A DNA stretch of 64,000 bases from Gemmatimonadaceae bacterium (GTDB taxonomy: Bacteria; Gemmatimonadota; Gemmatimonadetes; Gemmatimonadales; Gemmatimonadaceae). The position numbers and the translations under genes are program-made. Every line of letters starts with the position of its first letter. Position 1 is the stretch's first letter. The DNA lies in assembly GCA_045803545.1 (NCBI GenBank), contig JBJMOW010000005.1:960001-1024000 (forward strand), given 5' to 3'. This document shows, in pieces, positions 1-9,621 of this stretch. Below the pieces are notes generated by a model that did not search any database, was not told where the DNA came from, and saw only the letters and a program-made list of their open reading frames with translations.

Positions 1-229
1 GAAAGGAGTCACTCCGGGTCAGATCGCTCTCGCCTGGCTGCTCAACAAAGGCGACGACATCGTGCCGATCCCTGGCACCAAGCGTCGCAAGTATCTCGAG
101 GAGAACGTCGCCGCCGCCGACGTATCGCTAACGAAGCAGGAGGTAGCTGCGCTCGACTCAGCGCTGGCGCCCGAGAAAGTCTCTGGCGCGCGCTACGCAC
201 CAGCGCAGCAGTCGACGATCGACCGCTAA
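1..229 (+). CDS. aldo/keto reductase, C-terminal part (gene begins before window)
   Basis: Frame 2 reads KGVTPGQIALAWLLNKGDDIVPIPGTKRRKYLEENVAA...IDR*, with the AKR NADPH-binding motif IPGT...LEEN. Confidence 0.9.
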   Translation, partial: KGVTPGQIALAWLLNKGDDIVPIPGTKRRKYLEENVAAADVSLTKQEVAALDSALAPEKVSGARYAPAQQSTIDR

Positions 230-231
230 CT

Positions 232-1146
232 CTACTTCGCCCAGATACTGTTCGGCAGAGGTGTTGCCTGGCTGTCGCCCTCGGCGAGAGGGGTGAGCCC
301 GAAGTTGTCTTCGATCGTTCGCAGAAGGCTATAGTGAGTCAGCTGCGCCCCATAACGACCGGGTTTGACGACGTCTCCGAAGAGCATCGCGAGCACACCA
401 TTGGTCCGTGCCTCTCTTCCACCGCCTTCATCCCACACGATCACCAACAGCGTGCGGTCCTTCGCTGCTGCGCTGCTGTTGAAGTCATGGACGAAGCGCT
501 GCAACCACGCCGAGGCGGTCGCAAGAGGCGTATCGTGTCCGTCGTTGAAGAGGTTGGGGCTGTAGAACGAATAGTTTGGCAGCCGGTGCAAGCGCGCATC
601 CGTCAGGAACTGATCTGCGTTTACAACGCGCGCGCAACGCCGAGCGTTCGTCTGTACCGACGCGAAGTTGAGTAGTGGAACGTGTCGTTTGGTGTAGACC
701 GCCGTTGGCTTCGCACCTGGGGTAAGTCGACGAGCCCCAGCCTCTCCGCGCAGAAAGCAGGCGCCAGGAAAATCCTCAGCGTAGGACTTCCACGTCAGCC
801 CTTTCTCCTCGAGCCGGTCGACAATGCTCTTCGCCTTGAGCGGCGTGTCAACGTGATCGCGTGTTAGACCGAAAGTGGTGCCCGCGACCAATGCGAGGTA
901 GTTCGGCAGCGACGGATGCGCCAGCGCATGGTAATTGGACAGCCAGGCGGATTCCCTGGAAAGGGAGGCGATGCCGGGGTCGGCAAGCGCCTGACTCGTC
1001 CCCTCATTCTCCATCACCACTACCACGACGTGATCGAAGTGCTTCCCGCGCCCCGAAACGCGCGCTCCCTGGACAGTCAGCGGTGCGAATGCCAGCGATG
1101 CGCAGAACGGCGCAACGACGCCGCGTGGGATCAAATATTCTCTCAA
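232..1146 (-). CDS. phosphoesterase family protein (acid phosphatase/phospholipase C-like), probably secreted
   Basis: Motifs HVVVVVMENE, HPSLPNYL, DGHD and THYSLLRTIED; N-terminal signal-like segment. Confidence 0.85.
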   Translation of the reverse strand: MREYLIPRGVVAPFCASLAFAPLTVQGARVSGRGKHFDHVVVVVMENEGTSQALADPGIASLSRESAWLSNYHALAHPSLPNYLALVAGTTFGLTRDHVDTPLKAKSIVDRLEEKGLTWKSYAEDFPGACFLRGEAGARRLTPGAKPTAVYTKRHVPLLNFASVQTNARRCARVVNADQFLTDARLHRLPNYSFYSPNLFNDGHDTPLATASAWLQRFVHDFNSSAAAKDRTLLVIVWDEGGGREARTNGVLAMLFGDVVKPGRYGAQLTHYSLLRTIEDNFGLTPLAEGDSQATPLPNSIWAK

Positions 1147-1197
1147 GGGTACCCCTCTTTCGGTAGAAGCGCACGAAGGGTACGAATCGTGACACGA

Positions 1198-1956
1198 TTA
1201 TCCGCGCAGCAGCCTCTGCAGTCCGGCGCGATACCCGTGCGTCGAGATCACCCGCCGGCCGCCACGCAGCGTCACCGCCCACTCACCGTGGGACCACGGC
1301 TCCAGATGGATGATGTGGTCGACATTGATGATCGACGAGCGGCTGATGCGAATGAACTTTGCGGGATCGAGCTTCTCTGCCAGCGAATGCATCGCGTGGC
1401 GAATCTTGTGTGATTCGGCGCCGGCGTGCAGTCGCACGAACTTGCCGTGCGCCTCGAACCAGGAGACGTCGTCCACCTTCTGCAGCACCACCCGATCCTT
1501 GTTCTTAATCGGCAGATATCTGACGTAGTCGTCCTTCTGCTTGCGCATCTCCTGCAGCATGCGCGTCACTGCGGTCGGCTCGGCGCCGGCAGCGCTCTGT
1601 GTGCGAGCAAAGACCCGGTCGATCGCGCGGTGTACGCGTTCGTCATCGAGTGGCTTCAGCACGTAGTCGACGGCATTGACGTCGAACGCATCCGTCGCGA
1701 ATTGCTCGTGGGCGGTGAGAAAGACGACCGCCGGCGCATCGTCACCGAGCTCGTCGAGAATCGCAAAGCCATCTCGACCCGGCATCTGAACGTCGAGGAG
1801 CAGGAGATCCGGCTTGTCGCGCCGGATCGCCACCAGTGCCTGGCGCGCGTCGCCGTAGCTGCCGATCACTTCGACGTCAGGCCTGCCGGAAAGAATTTCT
1901 CCGATCAGCTCCCGCGCAGCTGGCTCGTCGTCGACGATGACACTACGCAATTTCAC
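1198..1956 (-). CDS. LytTR-family response regulator
   Basis: REC domain (VDDE, LLDVQMP, KP) plus C-terminal LytTR domain (FIRISRSSIIN). Confidence 0.93.
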   Translation of the reverse strand: MKLRSVIVDDEPAARELIGEILSGRPDVEVIGSYGDARQALVAIRRDKPDLLLLDVQMPGRDGFAILDELGDDAPAVVFLTAHEQFATDAFDVNAVDYVLKPLDDERVHRAIDRVFARTQSAAGAEPTAVTRMLQEMRKQKDDYVRYLPIKNKDRVVLQKVDDVSWFEAHGKFVRLHAGAESHKIRHAMHSLAEKLDPAKFIRISRSSIINVDHIIHLEPWSHGEWAVTLRGGRRVISTHGYRAGLQRLLRG

Positions 1957-3097
1957 GTTCGCGCGGATCCTCGACTGGCTGCGGCGCGAGCCGAGCGGGA
2001 ATGCGCATGGTCACGGTGAAACCCTGAATTGCTGTAGCGTCGACAGTCATCTGCTGATCGATTCCATACAATCTTTCCAGTCGCTCGCGGGTGTTTCCCA
2101 ACCCAACGTTTTCGACGAGCTTCCGGTTTCGCAGTCCCGCTCCGTTGTCGACGACCTTGAGCTCGAGCGAGCCGGCATCGACGCTGGCATCGATGCAGAT
2201 GACGAGCTCGTTGTCGCCATCGTGCATGCCGTGATGGATGGAGTTCTCGACTATCGGCTGCAGCAGCATCCGCGGCACGAGGATTCGCAGCGCCGCCGGC
2301 TGGATTCTTTTTTCCACGACCAGTCGCGACCCAAAGCGCGCGGTCTGGATGTCGATATAGACGTCGAGGAACTCGAGCTCACTGCCGAGCGCGACTTCAT
2401 GGGTGGCGGTATCGCGCAGCGTCTCGCGCAGGAGATCACTGAGCCGCGCCAGTGTCCTTCGCGCCAGCGGCACGTCGCGACTCATCAAGCTCGAGACAGT
2501 GTTCAACGTATTGAACAGAAAATGCGGCTGGAGCTGAAGTCGCAGGGAATCGAGCTGCGATTTCGCAAGCAGCGTCTGCAGCTCGCGCGTGTGCAGCTCT
2601 GTCGCGTTGAGCTCTCGGCGGTAGCGGAAGCTGTGGTAGAGGACGACTGCCGCGAAGTAGACGAAGAGGAAGAAGACGAAGTAGATACGCCAGACGATCC
2701 ACGTTTGCGCGAGCAGTGAGGTATCGAGATCCAGGCGGGCGTACTTGAGCGCCGCATCGGTGGACGCGATGCCGCTGCCGATCACGAGCGGCGAGATCAC
2801 CACTCGGCGCGTCAGCTCGATGATCATGAACTGGAGGAACAGGACAGCGCTCGCCAGCGCAAGGTGCGCCAGAAAATTCCGCAACGCTCTCGGCCCAAAG
2901 AGCGGGAAACGGCGCGCCAGCCAGAACACAATCGGACTGACGGCGAGGATGCTGAGCCACACCGGAAGCTCGAACAGATAGAGCTCCGTGACTGGCACAT
3001 CCTTGATGTGCAGCGCCAGCTGAATCGTCTGCGCGGCGGTGTAAAGAATTGCCGCGACGATAGCCAGGGCCCAGGCGCGTCGTCGTGAAATCATCAT
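1943..3097 (-). CDS. LytS/YehU-type membrane sensor histidine kinase
   Basis: Several TM helices, QLQPHFLFNTLN H-box, QPIVENSIHHG, DNGAG, GLGN; overlaps the LytTR gene. Confidence 0.92.
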   Translation of the reverse strand: MMISRRRAWALAIVAAILYTAAQTIQLALHIKDVPVTELYLFELPVWLSILAVSPIVFWLARRFPLFGPRALRNFLAHLALASAVLFLQFMIIELTRRVVISPLVIGSGIASTDAALKYARLDLDTSLLAQTWIVWRIYFVFFLFVYFAAVVLYHSFRYRRELNATELHTRELQTLLAKSQLDSLRLQLQPHFLFNTLNTVSSLMSRDVPLARRTLARLSDLLRETLRDTATHEVALGSELEFLDVYIDIQTARFGSRLVVEKRIQPAALRILVPRMLLQPIVENSIHHGMHDGDNELVICIDASVDAGSLELKVVDNGAGLRNRKLVENVGLGNTRERLERLYGIDQQMTVDATAIQGFTVTMRIPARLAPQPVEDPREREIA

Positions 3098-3246
3098 TGT
3101 ATCAGACAACGTAAGGGCCTCAACGGTTTGGCGCTTTGCGCACTTTCGCACTGATTTTGAGACCGCGCGCAGTCGATGACGAAGCGCGAAATAACCACGT
3201 CATGGAACGTGGCATTCGTGCCGCGGTGGGCTCTTTCGTTCCAGAA

Positions 3247-3447
3247 GGATGGCTGCTGCTGCGTCATTCCCCTTTCTTTGTGGGCACGCGGTCTCTGATC
3301 GCTGTGCAGGCCGACTCGCAGCGGCCTGACAGCCCCACAGCGATCAGAGCTGCACCTCAAAAGAAAAAAGCGCTACTGGGTGTGCTTAGAAGGACGGGTG
3401 GGCCACCAGTAGCCGTCCCCGTACCCGCAAGGGTGCGGGGTTTTTTT
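3247..3447 (+). ncRNA. candidate structured small RNA (long rod-like hairpin plus terminator)
   Basis: Nested helices 3247-3258/3407-3418, 3281-3289/3380-3388, 3293-3306/3336-3349 and 3307-3313/3322-3328. G-U pairs work only on the + strand. Confidence 0.5.
3417..3447 (+). terminator. intrinsic terminator
   Basis: CCCCGTACCC-GCAA-GGGTGCGGGG followed by T7. Confidence 0.85.
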
Positions 3448-3476
3448 GTGCCTCAAGTGCACTCGATGCGAGAGAC

Positions 3477-3764
3477 TCAGCTAACCCAGCCGCGAACCTC
3501 CAGCATCACGCACTCCGAGGTTCGCGCGCTCGCATCGCCCACGCCGTGCTTCCGCTTCCAGCGCGCGATCACCGAGTCGATTGCCGCGGTGAGAGATCTC
3601 GCGCGCGCTAGGTGCCGGTAGCCGGCGGTCTTCCCAGGCGGCGGCCGTTTCTCACGCCATGCGAGCGATGCGCCGTTGTCGTACCACGTCACACATAGCT
3701 CATTCTCCTCGAGAAAGCGCCACCGTTCAGCATCGCTTGGCATCTTGAGGAAATTATCTACCAT
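3477..3764 (-). CDS. hypothetical small protein
   Basis: 95-aa ORF filling the gap between the terminator and the ACT-domain gene. Confidence 0.5.
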   Translation of the reverse strand: MVDNFLKMPSDAERWRFLEENELCVTWYDNGASLAWREKRPPPGKTAGYRHLARARSLTAAIDSVIARWKRKHGVGDASARTSECVMLEVRGWVS

Positions 3765-3801
3765 TCAAAGCGGTAAGCAACTTCATCTGCGCGAGGCGCG
3801 A

Positions 3802-4185
3802 ATGAGTGAACAAGCCTTCTCCGTAGTGACCGGAACATGGGCTGTGGTCCGACTTCCATCGGCAGCGCGAATTCCGGCGTGGGCCGCGGACGCGAGGGAG
3901 TTCAGCTCCGTGACACGGACAATGGACGAGCTGTCGATCGTCGTCGAGGAGTCTATCATCCCTCCGGATCAGCCGCGTGAGGGCAACTGGTCTCTGCTCA
4001 AGCTGCGCGGCCCGATTGCTTTCGATCAGGTTGGAGTTCTGGCGTCGGTCGCTGCTCCGTTGGCGTCACAAGACATCAGTATCTTCGCAATCAGCACCTT
4101 TGAGACGGATTACCTGCTCGTCAAATCATTGGACGTCGATCGAGCTCGCGATTGCCTCGAGGCGGCTGGTCACACGTTGATTTAG
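3802..4185 (+). CDS. ACT-domain protein (ACT_7/CASTOR-like)
   Basis: SVTRTMDELSIV and GVLASVAAPLA..ISIFAISTFETDYLLV motifs; ATG 3802 follows GAGG. Confidence 0.88.
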   Translation: MSEQAFSVVTGTWAVVRLPSAARIPAWAADAREFSSVTRTMDELSIVVEESIIPPDQPREGNWSLLKLRGPIAFDQVGVLASVAAPLASQDISIFAISTFETDYLLVKSLDVDRARDCLEAAGHTLI

Positions 4186-4206
4186 TGAAGCGAACCACTC
4201 CGTGCT

Positions 4207-5157
4207 TCAGGCGATTTGCTGCGCCTGTACGATCGCCGGGCCGCCCGCCAAATGCTTGCGCAATAAATCCACGAGATCGAACTGAAATCCCGGCGTCGGA
4301 TCGTCTGAGCGCACCGCGACAAACCATTTTCTGCTGAAGCCCGCTTCAGTCAACTTCACCGTCGTTACAAGTCCCGACCGCAGCGCGGGCCCGAGCGCCC
4401 ATCGTGACAGAACACTGACCCCAAGCCCAGCGCCAACCAGCTGCAGAATCGCTTCGGTGAGCTGGATCCGCGTGATCCGCTCCGGAACGATGCCCGCCGG
4501 ATCGAGTACCTGACGAGTCACCGTGGTGGTGCCGTCGGTAGTCGAATACATGATCAGGTGCTCTGTCGCGAAATCTTCTGCGGATACGAACAGCTTTTTC
4601 GACCAGCGATGGTTGGGCGCAACGACCACCACCAACTCGTCGTCAAAAAGCTGTTCGTAACGCAGCCGGCGATCCGCAGAAAGATTGTGGACGATCGCAA
4701 CATCCAGCGTGCCCTCACGCAACGCCGCCAGTGGCGACGTGGTGTGCTCGGGCGCGATGTGCAGGTCGACGCATGGCCATCTCTCACGAAAAACTCGCAA
4801 CACCGCCGGCAGCCAATGGAACGCGGTGTAACATTCGGTGGCCAAACGGATCGTGCCGCGCGCCTGTGCAAAGTTTCCGTTTATCGCCTGCAGCTCGAAC
4901 CCATGCACCTGCGCCAGTACATCACGCGCGACGTGCGCGAGCTGCTCGCCCGCCGGGGTTGGCACCATTCGTCGCGCCGTGCGCACGAATAACGGCGTCT
5001 TCAATACTGACTCGAGCTCGCGCAGCTGATGGCTGAGCGCTGGTTGCGTGAGTTGCAGTGACACCGCCGCCGAGGTCAGGCTGCCCTGTGACGAGATCGC
5101 CGACATCAGGCGGAGATGTCTCATTTCGATTGCCGGATTGATCGCACGCTGACTCAT
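4207..5157 (-). CDS. LysR-family transcriptional regulator (MetR-like)
   Basis: HTH GSLTSAA..L.LTQPALSHQLRELE; EC...FHWLP; divergent from the decarboxylase. Confidence 0.92.
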   Translation of the reverse strand: MSQRAINPAIEMRHLRLMSAISSQGSLTSAAVSLQLTQPALSHQLRELESVLKTPLFVRTARRMVPTPAGEQLAHVARDVLAQVHGFELQAINGNFAQARGTIRLATECYTAFHWLPAVLRVFRERWPCVDLHIAPEHTTSPLAALREGTLDVAIVHNLSADRRLRYEQLFDDELVVVVAPNHRWSKKLFVSAEDFATEHLIMYSTTDGTTTVTRQVLDPAGIVPERITRIQLTEAILQLVGAGLGVSVLSRWALGPALRSGLVTTVKLTEAGFSRKWFVAVRSDDPTPGFQFDLVDLLRKHLAGGPAIVQAQQIA

Positions 5158-5255
5158 TAGCTTCTCGTGTCTTATTGTAAGAGCGCCCTCTCAGCGCTCA
5201 CCGACTAAGCTCTGTTGCCTTGCCATAAACAATACGCATGTGAGAACGCCGCGCC

Positions 5256-6698
5256 ATGACCACACCGAATACCCCAACCGATGACCCGTCCCTTCTATTT
5301 ACGGATCACATTGCCGGAAAGCCGATGAAGACAGCTTCACACTTCGACCCGACGTGGTCCGTGCTGGACGACGTCGCCGAGCGCGCTAAGCGGTATCTCA
5401 AGGGTGTGAACGAGCGGCGCGTCGCACCGACGCGCGACGCCGTGGCAGGTCTCGCCGCGCTCGACGTTCCGCTCCAGGATCGGCCGATTCCACCGGAGAA
5501 GGTTGTCGAAGAGCTCGATCGCATCGCCGAGCCGGCGACGCTCACGATCTCAGGCCCAAGATTCTTTGGCTTCGTAAACGGCGGCTCGCTGCCCGCAACG
5601 GTCGCCGTCAATTGGCTGTCGACAGCGTGGGATCAACACGGAACCTTCGCCGCCACATCCCCCGCCAGCACTGCCGTCGAACAAATCGCAATGCGCTGGA
5701 TCATCGACCTGCTCGGCCTGCCCGCGGAGTCCGTCGGCGCGTTCGTCACCGGCACCACTGTCGCGCATATCACCACACTCGCCGCCGCGCGCGATTGGCT
5801 GCTGGCACAGTCCGGCTGGAACATCGACCAGCAGGGATTGTTCGGTGCGCCCGAGATCGATGTCATCGCCGGTGACGAAGGTCACACTACCCTGTTCAAA
5901 GCACTCGGCGTCGTCGGACTCGGCCGCGCGCGCGGAATCACGGTGCCCGTCGATGCACAGGGACGGATGCGTGCCGATGCGTTTCCCGCGATCAACAGAC
6001 CCAGCATCGTGTGTCTACAGGCGGGTAACGTCAACACCGGTTCGTTCGATCCGTTCAACGAAATCATCGATCGCGTGCACGCCGCAGCGCATCCGACATG
6101 GGTGCACGTCGACGGCGCATTCGGCATCTGGGCTCGTGTCGCACCACAGCGCGCGCATCTCACGGCCGGCGTCGAGCGCGCCGACTCGTGGGCGACCGAC
6201 GGCCACAAGTGGCTAAACGTGCCGTACGACTGCGGCATGGCGATCGTCCGCAACGGCGACGCGTTGCGCAAGACGATGTCGTTCAAGGCGGATTACCTGC
6301 CGGAGGAGGCCGCGAACCCGTCCGATTACACGCCCGAAGGCTCACGCCGCGCGCGCGGAATGGATGCGTGGGCCGCGCTGCGCACGCTCGGCCGTTCCGG
6401 ACTAGCAGATCTCGTCGAGCGAAACTGCCGCCTCGCCAGGAGATTTGCCGATGCGTTCGTCGCTGCGGGTTATCCCGTTCTCAACGACGTCGTGTTGAAC
6501 CAGGTGCTGGTTTCGTTTGGTGAGCCGGAGCACACCCGCAGAGTGATCGCCGCGATTCAGGAGGACGGCACCTGCTGGTGCGGGCCGACTGTCTGGCATG
6601 GTCAAACGGCAATGCGCGTCAGCGTGATCTCGTGGATGACGACGGAGGAAGACGTCGATCGTTCGCTCGAAACAATTCTTCGGTTGGCGCGTTCATAG
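5256..6698 (+). CDS. PLP-dependent (group II) amino acid decarboxylase
   Basis: HVDGAFG and DSWATDGHKWLNVPYDCG (PLP lysine); start may be ATG 5325. Confidence 0.92.
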   Translation: MTTPNTPTDDPSLLFTDHIAGKPMKTASHFDPTWSVLDDVAERAKRYLKGVNERRVAPTRDAVAGLAALDVPLQDRPIPPEKVVEELDRIAEPATLTISGPRFFGFVNGGSLPATVAVNWLSTAWDQHGTFAATSPASTAVEQIAMRWIIDLLGLPAESVGAFVTGTTVAHITTLAAARDWLLAQSGWNIDQQGLFGAPEIDVIAGDEGHTTLFKALGVVGLGRARGITVPVDAQGRMRADAFPAINRPSIVCLQAGNVNTGSFDPFNEIIDRVHAAAHPTWVHVDGAFGIWARVAPQRAHLTAGVERADSWATDGHKWLNVPYDCGMAIVRNGDALRKTMSFKADYLPEEAANPSDYTPEGSRRARGMDAWAALRTLGRSGLADLVERNCRLARRFADAFVAAGYPVLNDVVLNQVLVSFGEPEHTRRVIAAIQEDGTCWCGPTVWHGQTAMRVSVISWMTTEEDVDRSLETILRLARS

Positions 6699-6724
6699 CC
6701 GACGCCCGGCGAACAGCCGGTCGG

Positions 6725-8605
6725 CTATCGATTCAGGCTCTGAAGGACCAGGTCGAGATCGAACGGCTTGGCGATGAACGGCCTGCCCGTGCCCGTCAGG
6801 AACTGAAACAAATCCTCGCTCACGATGTCGCCGGTCAGAAACACTACGCGCTCGGCGAGGTCGGGCCGCTTGCTCTGCCACTGACGGAAGACCGTCTGGC
6901 CCGAGATATCGGGCATCCGAATGTCGAGGAAAATGGTGTCGAACATCCCGTGGCTTGCAGCTTCCAGCGCCTTGCTGCCGCTATCGACCGACACAACGGT
7001 GTGGCCTGCCTTCTCCAGGAACCGCGAAAGCGCCAGCCGGATAGCGCCTTCGTCGTCAGCAACCAGTATTTGAAGATTTTTCGCCACTGCTACCTGCGAC
7101 TCACTCATCGCCGACGCACCAGCCGGAGCCGACGCTACCAGTGGTAGATCGACGCAAAATCTCGCCCCCCCACCACCTACGTTCTCGGCCCAGATCCGTC
7201 CGCCGTGTTCACTGATGATTCCCAGCGATATCGACAAGCCGAGGCCGGTGCCGTGGCCGACTGATTTCGTGGTATAGAATGGATTGAAAATTCTCTCGAG
7301 ACTGTCGGCAGGAATTCCGGGACCAGTGTCCTCGATTTCGATGTGAACCGTCTCCACATCCCTGCGCGTGCGTATAGTCAATCGATGGTGCGCGCGCTCC
7401 ATGCCCGCCATCGCCTGCTCGGCGTTGGTGACGAGATTCAGAATCACCTGCTGCAGCTGATAAGCATCCATCATCGTGCTCGGCGGCGGATCGGCATATA
7501 ACCGGTCGATCTGGATGCCGTGCACGTTGAGATCGTAGCCACGCAGCTCTAGGGTGTTCTCGATGACCTGGTTGATGTCGGCGTACGTCTTTTCCGCTTT
7601 GTGCTGGCGCGCGAATGTCAGCAGGTTGTGCACGATGCGCGCGGCACGACGCGCCTCGCCGGCAATGGTCTCCGTGGCGTGACGATCATCGTTGTTGAGA
7701 TTTCCATCCGAAAGCATCAGCTGCGCAAACGCGGTGATACTGGCCAGCGGGTTGTTCAATTCGTGCGCAACACCGCTCACCAATTGTCCGATCGCGCCCA
7801 TCTTTTCCGATTGCACCAGCTGCTGCTGCAGCTGCTTTTCTTCCGTAGCATCGCGAATCAGGCATAGCACTTCGCGACTGCGCTGGGGGCACGAATAGGT
7901 GATGGTGATGTGACGGCGCTCGCCATCCTTGCGCACGACGACAGACTCGAATTGGCCTGGCTGTCCCGACAGCGCCTTCCTGAATTCCAGTACCGCGCGC
8001 GGTAGCTCGCTGATCGGAAGCAGCGGTCCGAAAAACCGGCCGATCAATTCATCACGCATGTACCCGGAGATCTGCTCGCCGGCGTCATTGACGCTGGTGA
8101 ATCGGCCGAGCGAGTCGAAAGTCATGATCGCGTCGCTGGCGTCCTCGAACAGGTGGCGATACCGCGCTTCGGAGCGTGCAACTTCCAGGTGCGCGCGTCG
8201 CATGTCGCTGACATCGCGCAGCGTGAGAATCGTCCCGATCGGCCCCGTGGCCCCGTTCAGCGGCGCCGCGCCGATACTCACCGTGCAATCACGGCCGGCG
8301 ACCTGGGCGTCGTAGCACTGGGTGAGTCCATCGCGCGCCGCGCTTTGACCGAATACCACTGCTTCGCTGCTGTCGCGCGCAAAAAGACTGATCAGTTTTT
8401 CGCCAGCCAGCGCGGCGCGGTCTCGTCCGAAAATGTCCGCGGCGGCGGGGTTGGCGTAGGTAATTCGATCGTCGGTGTCAGTCGTGAGAACACCGTCGCT
8501 CAGAAAATCGAGGAGATTTGCATCCCCGTCTGAGAGAATCGGTGGCGGTGTGTCTCCATTTTGACCCGATCCGCCAAGCTTGAGAAGCCGGAGCATCGAG
8601 CTCAC
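6725..8605 (-). CDS. cytoplasmic hybrid sensor kinase (PAS-PAS-HisKA-HATPase-REC)
   Basis: Two PAS domains, GVAHELNNPL, FNPFYTTK..G.GTGLGL and a C-terminal receiver; no TM segment. Confidence 0.93.
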   Translation of the reverse strand: MSSMLRLLKLGGSGQNGDTPPPILSDGDANLLDFLSDGVLTTDTDDRITYANPAAADIFGRDRAALAGEKLISLFARDSSEAVVFGQSAARDGLTQCYDAQVAGRDCTVSIGAAPLNGATGPIGTILTLRDVSDMRRAHLEVARSEARYRHLFEDASDAIMTFDSLGRFTSVNDAGEQISGYMRDELIGRFFGPLLPISELPRAVLEFRKALSGQPGQFESVVVRKDGERRHITITYSCPQRSREVLCLIRDATEEKQLQQQLVQSEKMGAIGQLVSGVAHELNNPLASITAFAQLMLSDGNLNNDDRHATETIAGEARRAARIVHNLLTFARQHKAEKTYADINQVIENTLELRGYDLNVHGIQIDRLYADPPPSTMMDAYQLQQVILNLVTNAEQAMAGMERAHHRLTIRTRRDVETVHIEIEDTGPGIPADSLERIFNPFYTTKSVGHGTGLGLSISLGIISEHGGRIWAENVGGGGARFCVDLPLVASAPAGASAMSESQVAVAKNLQILVADDEGAIRLALSRFLEKAGHTVVSVDSGSKALEAASHGMFDTIFLDIRMPDISGQTVFRQWQSKRPDLAERVVFLTGDIVSEDLFQFLTGTGRPFIAKPFDLDLVLQSLNR

Positions 8606-8624
8606 GCGAGTGCGCGCAGGCGGT

Positions 8625-9545
8625 TCACCGCGTGCCCGTGCGGAGCGCGCGTGAGGTCAGATAATGGTCGATCGGAAACCGCTCGCTCTCGACGATCTGA
8701 CACATCATCGCGGCCGCGAACAGTCTGAGCGCATCCTCGGCGCGTGCGACGACGGCGTCCTTCAATGAGTTCGCGGTCTCGCTGCGATTGAGCGCGAGCC
8801 GCGACATGTCGAGATGCTTTTCCTCGTCGGTGCGGACCGAGCTTCCCTGATGCTGCGCGTGCTCCATCCACCAGGCGAGCGTCGCCGGACCGCCATCGAG
8901 CTCGGGGTTGCCCTGCACGCCTGGCAGAACGGTGGTCGACACGACGGAGTAAATCGTCATCTCGACCGAGCTCTGACACGCGAAATGCTCCCAATAGTCG
9001 ATGTTCTCGTACGTCGCCGTCATGAAGAAATGGTGATAGAGCGCGACCACGGGCTCGGGGAACGGCGGGTCAGGGAACGCCCCGGGCGAATAGTTGTCCG
9101 GATCCTTGGTCAGCGCCGCGAGCACCTCACGGGTCATTCGCTCGAGCTCCACCGCAGTGAATCGACCGAGGTAATCGGTGAGATCCCAGTACAGCGCCTG
9201 ATGATCGACGCCAAAGACGTCGAGCTTGGTCCGCCACATCTGATTGTGCGTCTGCTCTTCTTCCAGCTGCTGTGCGAGGTTCTTGATGAAGCTGCTGTGC
9301 AACACGTGGTCGACTTTGGCGATGCTGCGAATCAGCGCGCGATTGAAGCCGATGACGCACGGGTAGAGGCTGGCGATGAATGCGGTATAGCGCCGGCGAT
9401 CGAGCTTCCGCGAGCGAAGCAAACTCGCGAAGTCGCTTTCATTCATCAGGGCCGAATAACGGCGTGCGACTTCGACCACGAGATCGCCGACTCGCTGGCG
9501 ATTGTCGTGCGGAGTGCGGAGGTGCAATTGGCGAACGCTTGCCAT
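8625..9545 (-). CDS. heme-oxygenase-like (PqqC/TenA/CADD superfamily) putative diiron oxidase
   Basis: All-helical protein with ordered candidate ligands EEEQTH ... SVEM ... WMEH ... DEEKH. Confidence 0.6.
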   Translation of the reverse strand: MASVRQLHLRTPHDNRQRVGDLVVEVARRYSALMNESDFASLLRSRKLDRRRYTAFIASLYPCVIGFNRALIRSIAKVDHVLHSSFIKNLAQQLEEEQTHNQMWRTKLDVFGVDHQALYWDLTDYLGRFTAVELERMTREVLAALTKDPDNYSPGAFPDPPFPEPVVALYHHFFMTATYENIDYWEHFACQSSVEMTIYSVVSTTVLPGVQGNPELDGGPATLAWWMEHAQHQGSSVRTDEEKHLDMSRLALNRSETANSLKDAVVARAEDALRLFAAAMMCQIVESERFPIDHYLTSRALRTGTR

Positions 9546-9621
9546 GGATAAAGCGACGAGGGTAAAAGCTCAGCAATAACGGCTGGTATCATTTGACTGA
9601 CTTGGACTTACCCAGTAACAC

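Noticed and set aside
3300..3340. SRP RNA
   Set aside because: CAGG and CAGC are present, but the GNRA-capped helix 8 geometry is missing.
3390..3447. T-box or amino-acid attenuator
   Set aside because: GGGTGGGCCACC does not fit TGGNACC, there is no convincing leader peptide, and the next gene is on the opposite strand.
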